64,000 nucleotides of DNA from an uncultured bacterium (lineage in GTDB: Bacteria > Acidobacteriota > HRBIN11 > JAKEFK01): NCBI GenBank assembly GCA_963777505.1, contig CAVZQN010000006.1, positions 64,001-128,000 on the forward strand. Direction: 5' to 3'. A model generated the notes under the pieces. That model was not told where the DNA came from. It did not search any database and saw only the letters and a program-made list of their open reading frames with translations. The number at the start of each line of letters is the position of its first letter. Position 1 is the first letter of the stretch. A program made the translations under genes and the position numbers. This document shows, piece after piece, positions 20,108 through 30,716 of the stretch.

Positions 20108-20243
20108 GAACAACATTTCAGATGTCACAGATTTCAGATTGAAACCTAAAGAAGGGTAAAAATAGCATTCGACAACCAAAGTGTCAAACCACAAACTTTG
20201 CAATTTGCAATCGTACAATATGCAATAGTACTTGAAAAAGCAT

Positions 20244-20277
20244 CAGGGCCGCTTACTGACAAACAGCAGCGGCCCTG
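20244..20277 (-). terminator. Intrinsic terminator of the cupredoxin-domain gene
   Basis: CAGGGCCGCT...AGCGGCCCTG stem, followed on the minus strand by a T-run. Confidence 0.6.
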
Positions 20278-20296
20278 TGTAATTTAAGGAAGGAGA

Positions 20297-21772
20297 TCAG
20301 TAGCGTGGAGGTGGCTCCTGATCTGCGGTAACGGTAATCGTGCCGGACATTGATTGTCCGTGTATCACACATATATATGGGAACGAACCTCTCTGCGTGA
20401 ATCTGAATTCAAACGTTTGTCCATTATTCAAGATGGGGCTATTAAATACACCATTGTTACCTGTAGGGTCATGTGGATTTTGACCATTGTTTATCCACTT
20501 CACTGTCGCACCAGTCGGAACGGTAAGTTCAGCAGGCGAAAAGAAATTATCACCGATGGTGATCGTATTTCCTGAAGGAGTCGTCTGTCCATTCAAAAAG
20601 AAAATTGCGGCACGTGCTTTAAATCGCACTGCGGCTCCGCCAGCTATGGATGCAGGTGAGTTTGAATCTTCCCAAACAACAAACACATTACCCTGTTGTG
20701 GATCATATGAAGTGTTCGAGTTTCTTGTGTGAGTCAATGAAGAGGTTGCAACTGAAAAAGGTTGCTTAATCACTGAACCACTTGCGGTATTTAAGGCGGC
20801 TGATTTCACCTGATTCGATTGTGTCCACACACCAAGAAATTGACTATTGCGCGAATCATTAACCAGACTGGCCTGAATGCTGTTTGCATCCGCGGCATTG
20901 TTGATCGCTTTTGTTCCTGAAGCAAAAGTTCCGGATGAACTGATTTTGCGATATTTAATTGTTGTCTTATCACTCCAGATTCCGAATCCTGTTCCGGCAT
21001 CAAGAAAACTTGAATCGCCAACCGTATTCAATCCAGCAGTTGTGGGTTGAAATCGCGATGGAGCTGCTCTGAGTAACGTACCATCCGGTTTCGCTGTAAA
21101 ACCTACGAGACTTGATGCTGCGCCACCTTTTTCAAGAACCATTACGATTAGATTTCCATTTTGTGGATTGGTAGAAACCGAACCAGGTCCCCAGGTTTTT
21201 CCAACCGGCGCGGTTGCAAGATTCCGGATGTCTCCCGCTGGTTTACCCGTTGGATCCAGATTTCTACTTTTTAGAATGCGGTTTGGATTTCCATCCTGAC
21301 TTCCAGCCCAAAAAATTAAGAATTTTTTTCCAACAGGATCATAGGCAAGTCGCGGCATACTATTGGTTACACCGCCTTCAATTAATGAAGCAGGACCAGT
21401 CTTTACAAAATTTGCATTGAAGAATTGTGTTAGTAATCCTTGTGCGGTTTCATATGCGAGCACATAAGTGTAATTGACAGAATCATAAGAAATATCAAAG
21501 TTTTGCTCGAATGCCGTAACTCCGGAAGTCATTACTTTTGCGGCTCCCAGAGCTCCATCAGATTGAACAAGACGGCCCATAATTTTCGCTGGATTTCCAT
21601 TTTGCCGCCATGCAACAAGCCATAAATGCTTAAATCCATTTCTGGTTACGCGCGGTGTACCTGCAATTCCCGCAAATTCACTGGAAAGGGTCAAAGTTTT
21701 CAAAGTTTCCTGAGCGGCTGCAACGGATACCAGAGCAACAATCAAAAATGCTGTGGAAAACGTTTTCCTCAT
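20297..21772 (-). CDS. Secreted beta-rich (propeller-like) protein with C-terminal plastocyanin/azurin-type cupredoxin domain
   Basis: Signal peptide; FSPAELTVPTGATVKWIN..H and YICVIHGQSMSGTITV (His, Cys, His, Met type-1 Cu ligands). Confidence 0.8.
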   Translation of the reverse strand: MRKTFSTAFLIVALVSVAAAQETLKTLTLSSEFAGIAGTPRVTRNGFKHLWLVAWRQNGNPAKIMGRLVQSDGALGAAKVMTSGVTAFEQNFDISYDSVNYTYVLAYETAQGLLTQFFNANFVKTGPASLIEGGVTNSMPRLAYDPVGKKFLIFWAGSQDGNPNRILKSRNLDPTGKPAGDIRNLATAPVGKTWGPGSVSTNPQNGNLIVMVLEKGGAASSLVGFTAKPDGTLLRAAPSRFQPTTAGLNTVGDSSFLDAGTGFGIWSDKTTIKYRKISSSGTFASGTKAINNAADANSIQASLVNDSRNSQFLGVWTQSNQVKSAALNTASGSVIKQPFSVATSSLTHTRNSNTSYDPQQGNVFVVWEDSNSPASIAGGAAVRFKARAAIFFLNGQTTPSGNTITIGDNFFSPAELTVPTGATVKWINNGQNPHDPTGNNGVFNSPILNNGQTFEFRFTQRGSFPYICVIHGQSMSGTITVTADQEPPPRY

Positions 21773-21818
21773 ATTCGACTCCTTCGTCGATCAATTTAGA
21801 ATAGCGTTTAATATTCAA

Positions 21819-21834
21819 AGCAACATGTATGCCA
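21819..21834 (-). promoter_or_regulatory. Sigma54 promoter of the cupredoxin-domain gene
   Basis: Minus strand TGGCAT-ACATG-TTGCT with AT-rich upstream DNA. Confidence 0.75.
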
Positions 21835-22079
21835 TACAAATTTTTATAAGCAAAATAACATGTAAATTATTACGATAAAACGATTTATATCATCAAACCA
21901 CTGTCCATTTCATATTGGACGCTTGGCTCATCCTGATACATTCCGGTTTGGAAGTAGCTGTAACACAACAAGACAAAAAGACTCAGATATTGACAGGGCA
22001 ACAGTGTGGATTTCTCTGTGGAAATGGTGATTATGGCCTGAGGATTGCTGTGAAAATCGCTCTGGTATACTAGCGCGAC

Positions 22080-23675
22080 ATGACTGAACAGGCACAAAAA
22101 ACAAAGAGCCTGGCAAGGACAGCAGGGGCAGTTTCGTTTGCAACTTTGATCAGCCGGATCCTTGGATTAATCCGGGAAATGGTCCTTGCAAAATACTTTA
22201 CTGTTTTTGCTACTGATGCTTTTTTTGCTGCCTTTCGAATTCCAAACCTGCTTCGCGATCTATTTGCTGAAGGAGCCCTCAGCGCTGCTTTTGTTCCAAC
22301 TTTCACTGAATACAAACAAAAGAGAACTCGTGAAGAAGGCTGGCTGCTCGCAAATATTGTTCTCAATGCTCTTGTTGTAATCCTGAGTGTTGTTACTCTT
22401 TTAATTCTACTTTTTGCGAAGTATCTCGTCCTGCTGCTTGTTTCAGGTTTCGCTCAAATTCCAGGCAAGATCGAATTAACTGTGCATCTCACTCGAATCA
22501 TGTCCCCATTTTTGTTAACTGTAGCTCTTGCAGCGGCTGTGATGGGGATCCTGAACACTTACGGCAAGTTTTTTGTTCCTGCCCTTGCTCCTGCATTTTT
22601 TAACGTTTGCAGCATTCTGGCGGGTATTTTCTTATCACCATTGATGCCGCGCTTCGGGCTCGAGCCGATTACCGCAATGGCAATCGGAAGCCTGGTTGGC
22701 GGCGTTGCACAACTCGCAGTACAAATTCCTGCACTGCATCGCTGCGGTTTTCGTTATCGTCTAACGATCAATTGGAAACATGCGGGACTTCAACGCATCT
22801 TTCGATTAATGCTGCCTGCAGCATTTGGTCTTGCTGCAACTCAAATCAATATCCTGATCGATAATCAACTCGCCTCGTATCTTGGTAATGGACCTGTCTC
22901 CTGGCTCAACTATGCCTTTCGATTGATGCAGCTTCCGATTGGGCTTTTCGGAGTCGCAATCGCAACTGTCCATCTAACAAGTGCATCACAACATGTAGCC
23001 GCGAATAATATGGAGGGATTGAAGGCAAATCTTGCTGATGCAATCAAACTTGCGGCATTCTTGAATATTCCAGCGACTGCGGGGCTAATTTTTCTGCGGT
23101 ATCCAATCGTTCAAATCTTATATGAACGCGGACGTTTCACACCTGAATACACGATTTATACAGGCGATGCTTTGCTTTGTTACGCAATAGGCCTCTTTGC
23201 GTATTCACTTGTTAAAATTGTTACGCCAACATTTTATGCTCTTGGCGATACAAAAAAACCGGTTCAATTCTCCGGTCTGGTAATCCTTTTGAAAATCGGA
23301 ATTAATCTCGCGTTGATTCAGAAATTGGGATTTCTTGGTCTTGCGCTTGGTACATCTCTCGCTTCTTTGTTAAACACAGGCTTACTTTTGAATGCCCTAC
23401 GTAAGAAAATTGGAAGTCTTGAAGGTCATGAAGTGCTTTCTACCATCATTCGGATCACAATAGCGAGTGTGCTGATGGGTGTGGCGGCATGGCAGCTTCA
23501 TACCTGGCTCGCAGTCCAGGTTGGACTCGATTCATTGCAACAAAAATCAATCGTACTTGGAGTAACGATCGTTGCATCCCTTGCTCTTTTGATGTTGCTC
23601 AGCTATTTATTCAAGGTGAAAGAAGCGAAAACAATCCTGGGCCTCGTAATCAACAGAAGGAAAAAATCAAATTAA
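22080..23675 (+). CDS. murJ: Lipid II flippase MurJ
   Basis: SRILGLIRE, AFRIPNLLRDLFAEGALSAAFVP, RLMQLPIG. Confidence 0.95.
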   Translation: MTEQAQKTKSLARTAGAVSFATLISRILGLIREMVLAKYFTVFATDAFFAAFRIPNLLRDLFAEGALSAAFVPTFTEYKQKRTREEGWLLANIVLNALVVILSVVTLLILLFAKYLVLLLVSGFAQIPGKIELTVHLTRIMSPFLLTVALAAAVMGILNTYGKFFVPALAPAFFNVCSILAGIFLSPLMPRFGLEPITAMAIGSLVGGVAQLAVQIPALHRCGFRYRLTINWKHAGLQRIFRLMLPAAFGLAATQINILIDNQLASYLGNGPVSWLNYAFRLMQLPIGLFGVAIATVHLTSASQHVAANNMEGLKANLADAIKLAAFLNIPATAGLIFLRYPIVQILYERGRFTPEYTIYTGDALLCYAIGLFAYSLVKIVTPTFYALGDTKKPVQFSGLVILLKIGINLALIQKLGFLGLALGTSLASLLNTGLLLNALRKKIGSLEGHEVLSTIIRITIASVLMGVAAWQLHTWLAVQVGLDSLQQKSIVLGVTIVASLALLMLLSYLFKVKEAKTILGLVINRRKKSN

Positions 23676-23688
23676 GGCAGACTGATCA

Positions 23689-24576
23689 ATGTTTGGTGTA
23701 ATTTGCTGGACCATTCTTTGCGTGCTTGCGATCCGATCGCTCCTGCTTCTGTTTGCAGCAGGAAAACCTTTATTCATTCGGCTGTTCGACTTTCTTTTCT
23801 TTCTGTTTTTTGCAAGCTGTGCTGCCCTTCTTTTTACATTTTTAAGAGCACAAATTCTCGCACAGGCTCAAATTGCAATCATTGCCTTTGTTGTAATGAT
23901 GATTTCAATTGGAACTCTTGCATTGCGCCGTTCGAGGCAACCCTATGCGCCTCATCCAATTTTTTTTCTGTTTAAGGCTTTGCTTGTTATGGTGCTTCTA
24001 ATTGCCTGCTTACTCGCTGTAATGATGTCTGGTTTTCAATACTTAACCGAAGATAGACCGGTATTGAAAGTGGTGCTCACCGGTGATCAGAAACAAGAGC
24101 TTGTTGAATGGCAGCCTCCAAATGGAACACTGCGAAAGGAAACTTTGACTTCATATGAAGTGGAATTCCAAACTCCTGAAGGTGCACCGGTCACGGAGAT
24201 TTATGCCTATGGTGATCAAGTCGCAGCAAAGGCACGTGTGCTGCGTTTCAAACCAATTCTGAATGTAATTGGAATTCAAAATCTTTGTAAGATTGAATAC
24301 ATCCACAACAGCTATGATACGGCTCCACGTTTTAATGCCTATCCGCACAAAGCGTGGGAAATCAGGACAGCGCACCCGTTGATTGAGCCGTACCAAGAAA
24401 AATTCTGGAACTTTTGGCGCAATTATTATTCTCAAGAAGAAAAGAGCGCCTGGGTTAAAAGTGCAACACTCGAATCCACCTACTTTCCACTCGTGCGCCC
24501 TGATGGAACTGCATTTAAAGGAGCATATTTTCTAACAGTTACATCCGGGGGACTTAGCGCCGTTCCACTGCCATAA
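23689..24576 (+). CDS. Hypothetical membrane protein (about 4 N-terminal TM helices + soluble domain)
   Basis: Hydrophobic N-terminal ~115 aa; in an operon-like position after murJ. Confidence 0.65.
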   Translation: MFGVICWTILCVLAIRSLLLLFAAGKPLFIRLFDFLFFLFFASCAALLFTFLRAQILAQAQIAIIAFVVMMISIGTLALRRSRQPYAPHPIFFLFKALLVMVLLIACLLAVMMSGFQYLTEDRPVLKVVLTGDQKQELVEWQPPNGTLRKETLTSYEVEFQTPEGAPVTEIYAYGDQVAAKARVLRFKPILNVIGIQNLCKIEYIHNSYDTAPRFNAYPHKAWEIRTAHPLIEPYQEKFWNFWRNYYSQEEKSAWVKSATLESTYFPLVRPDGTAFKGAYFLTVTSGGLSAVPLP

Positions 24577-24627
24577 TATCGGGGCGCCAGAAGGCCGCCC
24601 GTACGTTATACTTAAAAGAGGTGACTG

Positions 24628-25851
24628 ATGAGTTCATTTGAAGCGAAGGATGACTTGATCTATGACTGGAATAAAAAAGGAATTCCGGTAAAACCGAAAA
24701 ATCTTTTGTTAGATGATGAAACTCTACGCGATGGGCTGCAATCCCCCTCAGTTCAAGATCCTAAAATCGAAGATAAAATCCGCTTGCTGCATTATATGGA
24801 TGAACTTGGAATCGATACAGCCGACATCGGTCTTCCTGGTGCAGGACCGCGCGCTGTTGCCGATGTTGAAGCGTTAGCACGGGAAATCGCTCAAGCCAAA
24901 TTGAAAATCAATGCGAATTGCGCAGCCCGCACTTTAATTTCCGATATCAAACCGATTGCTGAAATTTCGCAACGAACAGGAGTTTCAATTGAAGCCTTCT
25001 GCTTTCTTGGATCCAGTCCAATCCGGCAATTTACTGAAAACTGGACCATCGATGTTTTGTTAAAACATACCGAAGAAGCAATCTCTTTTGCGGCCAAACA
25101 ACAGATTCCGGTAAGTTATGTTACCGAAGACACGACACGCTCCGATCCGGAGACGATTGCGAAACTCTATCGAACCGCAATCGAATGTGGTGCACGCGGA
25201 GTCGTCATTGCTGATACAGTCGGTCATGCGACGCCTGTTGGAACGACGGCGTTAGTGCGATTCGTAAGGAAAGTTGTTGATGATACGGGCGAAAAAATCC
25301 GTGTCGATTGGCATGGTCATCGTGATCGTGGAATGGATCTGGCGAACTCTTTTGCTGCATGGCTTGCAGGTGCTGATCAGGTTCACGGAGCTGCGATCGG
25401 ACTTGGGGAACGTGTAGGAAATACTCCGATGGATTTGCTCCTTGTGAATCTAAAACTTCTGGGCTGGATCGATCGTGATTTAAGCTGTTTGAAAGATTAT
25501 TGTGAACTTGCTTCGCATGCTACAGGAGTTACAGTGCCCCAGAATTATCCTGTAATGGGGAAAGATGCTTTTCGTACTGCAACAGGTGTCCACGCTGCCG
25601 CAGTCATTAAAGCTTATAAAAAGAATGATGAATGGTTAGCAAATAATGTTTATTCAGGCGTACCTGCATATTATTTTGGGTTGCGCCAAAAAGTTGAAAT
25701 AGGGCCAATGAGCGGTAAATCAAATGTCTTGTTCTGGCTGAGCGAAAATGGCATTGAAGCGACTGAAGATCGCATTTCACGAATTTATGATGCGGCCAAA
25801 CAGTCTAACCGCCTTTTAACAGACGAAGAAATTCGAGCCCTCGCGCAATAA
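24628..25851 (+). CDS. LeuA-family DRE-TIM Claisen condensing enzyme lacking the C-terminal regulatory domain
   Basis: DETLRDGLQSP, ADTVG, HGHRDRG, GLGERVGN, GVHAAA. Confidence 0.85.
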   Translation: MSSFEAKDDLIYDWNKKGIPVKPKNLLLDDETLRDGLQSPSVQDPKIEDKIRLLHYMDELGIDTADIGLPGAGPRAVADVEALAREIAQAKLKINANCAARTLISDIKPIAEISQRTGVSIEAFCFLGSSPIRQFTENWTIDVLLKHTEEAISFAAKQQIPVSYVTEDTTRSDPETIAKLYRTAIECGARGVVIADTVGHATPVGTTALVRFVRKVVDDTGEKIRVDWHGHRDRGMDLANSFAAWLAGADQVHGAAIGLGERVGNTPMDLLLVNLKLLGWIDRDLSCLKDYCELASHATGVTVPQNYPVMGKDAFRTATGVHAAAVIKAYKKNDEWLANNVYSGVPAYYFGLRQKVEIGPMSGKSNVLFWLSENGIEATEDRISRIYDAAKQSNRLLTDEEIRALAQ

Positions 25852-25874
25852 TAAAAAATCAGACTTGAGGAAAG

Positions 25875-27038
25875 ATGGCAACGGCTGAGGAGAACTTTAC
25901 CCTGAGGCATCATGGAAAATGCCAAACCCTATTTCAGTATTTGGATGACCATTTTCAGGATTACATAGAAGAGCTTGTTCGAATTTGTGAGATTCCAGCT
26001 CCAACCTTTGAAGAAGAAAAACGGGCGGAATATTATGCTCGTCTTTTTCAAACGATGGGATTCAAGGCCAGTGTTGATGATGCTGGCAACGTAGAAGTCC
26101 CCATTCACAAAAATGGAAAACCGCGGATGGTGCTATCGGCCCATCTTGATACTGTTTTTCCTTTTGATGAAATCCGGGTGAAACGCGAAGGTACGATGCT
26201 GCGAGCTCCAGGAATTTCGGATGATTCAGCAGGTTTAGCAGCGATGTATATTTTGGCGCGGGCATTTCATGAAACAAAATTTCCTGCACGCGGATCCCTT
26301 ACTTTGCTTGCAACAGTTGGCGAAGAAGGGTTGGGAAATTTGCGCGGGGTAAAACATTTTTTTGATCGTAATGCTTCAAAAGTTGATGCTTTTGTTTCGC
26401 TTGATGGTTGCGACTCCGAACGCCTGGTAACGAGCGGTCTCGCGAGTAAACGCATCCGCGTTTATTTTCGGGGACCCGGAGGTCATAGCTGGGGTGACGC
26501 AGGAACACCAAATCCAATTCATGCATCAGGGGAATTTCTATCGCGAATTCACCGTCTTGTACTTCCAGCAGAGCCAAAAACCGCAATTAATGTAGGCGTC
26601 ATATCCGGCGGTACTTCGATTAACGCAATCCCTACTGAAACTTATATGGATATTGATATGCGCAGCGAAAGTGCTGATTCACTGAATGCCCTGGATGGAT
26701 TCGTTAAGAATGCTTTAAGTGAAAGTACGTATGTAAATGGCTCAATTGCAACCGAATCAAAAATTCTCGGTGAACGTCCATCAGGCTCAATTTCACCGGA
26801 TCACGATCTTGTGCGTATTTCCGTTGCAACGAATAAACATTTTTCGATGTTAGCAAAGTTGGATGTAGGAAGTACCGATTCCAACATTCCTTTTTCTCTC
26901 GGAATTCCTGCCATTACGCTTGGCGTCGGGGGACGAAGCGGAAAAATTCATACACCGGAAGAATGGTATGATGTCAAAGGAGCAGATATTGGGCTGAAAC
27001 GAACAGCCTTGCTGCTCGCCGAATTTCTAAATTCTTAA
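25875..27038 (+). CDS. M20/M25/M40 metallo-hydrolase
   Basis: SAHLDTVFP, PGISDD, GEEGLGN, GGHSW, HTPEE. Confidence 0.9.
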   Translation: MATAEENFTLRHHGKCQTLFQYLDDHFQDYIEELVRICEIPAPTFEEEKRAEYYARLFQTMGFKASVDDAGNVEVPIHKNGKPRMVLSAHLDTVFPFDEIRVKREGTMLRAPGISDDSAGLAAMYILARAFHETKFPARGSLTLLATVGEEGLGNLRGVKHFFDRNASKVDAFVSLDGCDSERLVTSGLASKRIRVYFRGPGGHSWGDAGTPNPIHASGEFLSRIHRLVLPAEPKTAINVGVISGGTSINAIPTETYMDIDMRSESADSLNALDGFVKNALSESTYVNGSIATESKILGERPSGSISPDHDLVRISVATNKHFSMLAKLDVGSTDSNIPFSLGIPAITLGVGGRSGKIHTPEEWYDVKGADIGLKRTALLLAEFLNS

Positions 27039-27053
27039 ACGGCAGCCTTCAAA

Positions 27054-29620
27054 GTGTATTGCCCCCCTTCTACAAAAAAACTCCCGGGCCTCAAAAAGAT
27101 ATTTGTATTGGGTGCATTTTTCTTACTCAGGGTTCACTTACTTTTTTCCGCTGAACCTGAAATAGAAAAAACTTCTGACTTCTACTATCGCGTCCAGACT
27201 GCAATTCAATCCCAGAATCTCGAAGAATTTATGTCGTTGACTGTTACAGAAAAAGACGATCGCGTGGAGTTGAATCAATTCTTTCAGACTTTTCTTGATT
27301 TCAAAGCATCGATGCCTATCATGCAGCTCGCTGATGAAAAAGAAGATCGAATGGTTGTGCATGTCTTGTTGCAGGGTGAAAGTGAAACGGCGTTCCAATC
27401 GTGGAATTTTTCAATCGATCAGACCGGAGGAAAAAAGCTCCTACGTGCTGCCAATGTTGTTAGTTCGATTGATGGTCTCTTCCGACTTAAGGTCAGCTCC
27501 GCTGCACTGCCGATGAATAACGTTAAGATCACACACCATGACATGACTGTTGTTCTTAAAAATGGCCATCTTTTTGTAATACTGGCTGGAGGCGTTCCGG
27601 CCGGAGCCATTTTTCTTGGGAAAGGCAATCTGTTGTTCGTGCCTCCTGATCCTCGCGAACAGCACCAACTGGTTCTATTCAATAAAAAAGCCACGATTGA
27701 TGTTCCTGTAACTCAACTTTTCCTTCGTGCTTCTTCAAGCACGCTAAAAGATTTATTTGGCGATTTGGATTTAAAAAAAGGCGTTTCAGATCCCAAATTG
27801 TTTGAGAAGGCGCAGGAAATTTCCAGGAAAAGTAACATGAATGCTTTTGGCATCGGTCTTCCATTCGGCGATGAACTCTGGTTTCCAAGGTTAACTGGAG
27901 CCGATGTTTATAGTGAGCTCAACACGAAGGTTGGAGAATTAGTTTATCAATTTGCACCGAATGAAATAGAAGACATTATGCTAATCGATCGTGAAAAAGA
28001 TCGGATTATTTCGCTTTATAGCAGCACTGGTTCGTATACTCAAAATTTGGAAGAAGAGAGCCAGGAGGTTCTTGACTACAAGATGAATCTTTCATATAAC
28101 CCTGCTGCAGCACACCTTTCCGGCTCTTCTGAAATCCGCCTTCTCTGCAAGGAACCAACAAATCGAGTCGTTTTTAAATTAAACCCGAGTCTTCGAGTCT
28201 CTCGTATTGAGGGATCGCAGGGATCGTTAATCTATTTTCAAGAACGAAATACGAATAATCTTCACGTGGTGTTGAATGAGAACATCCCGGAGGAAAAAGA
28301 ACTTACCTTGCGCTTTCATTATCGTGGAAGGATTGAGCCTGATAAGGGCCGTGCTGAAGTGCAGAGGATCTCACCAGATCGAGATATCGATACGGAATAC
28401 TTTGTCCCACCTTCTTTTCTTTATTCCAATTCAGCGCAATGGTATCCACAGTTAATCACAAGACCTTATTCGACCGTAGATGTCACCATCAGTGTGCCTT
28501 CTGATTATGCTGCAATTTCAAACGGCGCTCTTACAAAAACGGAAAAACAAGGTGATCGCACTGTTTATTTCTATTCTTGTGAACAGCCCGTTAAATATTT
28601 TTCGTTACTTGTAGGTCGAATCAATTCAAGTATCTCGTTCGAATCGATTGTTCCAATGAATATTTTCTTTTACAGTCTGGATCGGAGCAACGCGCAGCAA
28701 CAAGCGGAATCCGCAGATCGGATTTTACGATTTTATGAAAATTATTTTGGGAAGTATCCTTATTCATCTTTAAACCTTGCATTAAGACCCTCCCACGAAT
28801 TAGGCGGACATGCTCCAGCAACGTTCGTAATTGCGAACCGCGGTATTCACCTTTGTTCAATCCCGATTTGCCAAGGATCCTCTGTATGTTCCGGAATATC
28901 CCGATTTTTTTCTCGCACATGAAATTGCTCACCAATGGTGGGGACAGGCAGTTGGCTGGCGAACTTACCGCGATCAATGGCTTTCCGAAGGATTTGCACA
29001 CTTTGCAGCAGCGGAATATATCCGATCTGTTCATGGCGATCAGGCATGGATTAAACTTTCCCGCATTTTTTATTCATGGGTGGAAAGCAAAACAAAAGCC
29101 GGTCCGCTATGGTTAGGCAGCCGATTGGGACATCTAACAGAAGATCCTCAGGCGTTTACCGCACTTCTCTACAACAAAGGAGCTTACACGCTGCTTATGC
29201 TAAAGAACTGGATGGGAGAGGAAAAATTTTCCGAATGCCTCGCGGAATTTTTCAAGACCTTCCAAAACTCCAAAGCAACAATCAATGATTTTCAGAAAGT
29301 CGCGCAGCGTCATGCTTCAGGAAGCCTTGATCCATTTTTTGATCAATGGTTATCGCGATGGGATGTACCCCAAGTGAAATGGATCGTGATGGAGAAAACG
29401 GAATCAGTTCTCAAACTGCGTTTTGAACAAATGACTGCTCAACCGTATGTTCTGAAACTACCCGTTTTCATCAAGAGCTCGCACCGGCGAAACATTTCGG
29501 ACTGATGCTTTAGTGGATACGAAGGTTAAGGTAGTAGAAATTGCCGTTCCATTTCAGCCAGCAGAAGTTGAAGTGGATCCACTTTTTGAAAATCTGGTGA
29601 AAATGACGTCCCCGAAATGA
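27054..29620 (+). CDS. Secreted M1-family zinc aminopeptidase, frameshifts ~28845 and ~29480
   Basis: AHEIAHQWWG..WLSEGFA, YNKGA; N-terminal signal-like segment. Confidence 0.8.
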
Positions 29621-29625
29621 TTGTG

Positions 29626-30578
29626 CTACTTGCCTGATTCGATCTTATTGCGGCCGTTATTCTTTGCGTTGTAGAGCGCTTCATCCGCTTTCCGCACAAG
29701 TTCATCAACTGATTTTGTTTTCATCTCAGGAATTGATGCGCAGCCGCCGCTAACCGTGATACGCACAACTTTATCCTCAATTACAAATTCAGTGTCTTCT
29801 ATATCTTTCCGAATCCGTTCCGCATGCGCTATACAACCGTTTAACCCTGTTTCAGGAAGTAACAAAGTAAACTCTTCCCCCCGTAACGAGCAATTAAGTC
29901 AGACTGGCGCATGTTTCTCATCATCACTTCACCGAGTTGAACAAGGACTGCATCACCAGCGAGGTGCCCAAAGCAATCATTCACACGTTTAAAAAAATCG
30001 ACATCCAGGATTACAAAAGAGAGTTCTTTTTTGTACCGTTGAGCACGAGCAAACTCATTTGAGAATTGCTCCATAAAACGTCTTCGATTCGCCAGCTTCG
30101 TCAGCTCATCCGTACCGGATAACTCACGTAAGCGGTTATTCTTTTCTTTCAGCTCATCTTGAAGATGCTTAATCTTCAATTGGACTTTTACGCGCGCGAT
30201 GAGCTCGCCTTCATCAAAAGGCTTTGTCAGATAATCCGAAGCTCCTTGCTCCAAACCTTTTATTTTCTTTTCGACATCTTCTTCAGATGTCAGCATGATG
30301 ACTGGTATTTCGGAGAAGCTTGGATTGGTGGATTTAGAAATGAGGAATTTAAAACCATCGAATTCAGGCATTACAATATCGCAGATTACAAGATCCACTC
30401 TTTTGTCCATGAGCATCTTGATACCCTCCAGTCCGTTTTTTGCCTCAAAACAGAATTCCAGAAGATGCGCTTGTTTTAAAATAGACCGGATCTTTTTTCG
30501 AACGGATTCCGAATCATCAACGATCAGAATATTCGCTTTGATCCCGCCTCTTGAATTGCCGCTACGCTGCGAGCTCAT
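29626..30578 (-). CDS. Response regulator-diguanylate cyclase (REC + GGDEF), frameshift at the GGEEF motif
   Basis: ILIVDDS, CDIVMP, KPF; DVDFFKRVND, RYGG/EEF, ADEALYNAK. Confidence 0.9.
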
Positions 30579-30716
30579 GAATTTCTTGGCCCCCGCCCCC
30601 TTGTTGTTCTAATATTCTACCCAAGACTCCCTTGTGTTGATAATGACAGTATTTGTTGCCTTTGTGTAGCGTCGTCTATAATTAGTTCGATTTCCGACGA
30701 CAAAAGGGGTTCGTTC

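Noticed and set aside
29865-29890. Programmed frameshift or phase variation at the C-run in the GGEEF codons
   Set aside because: A homopolymer indel is the typical long-read error, and similar breaks occur in recF and OPT.
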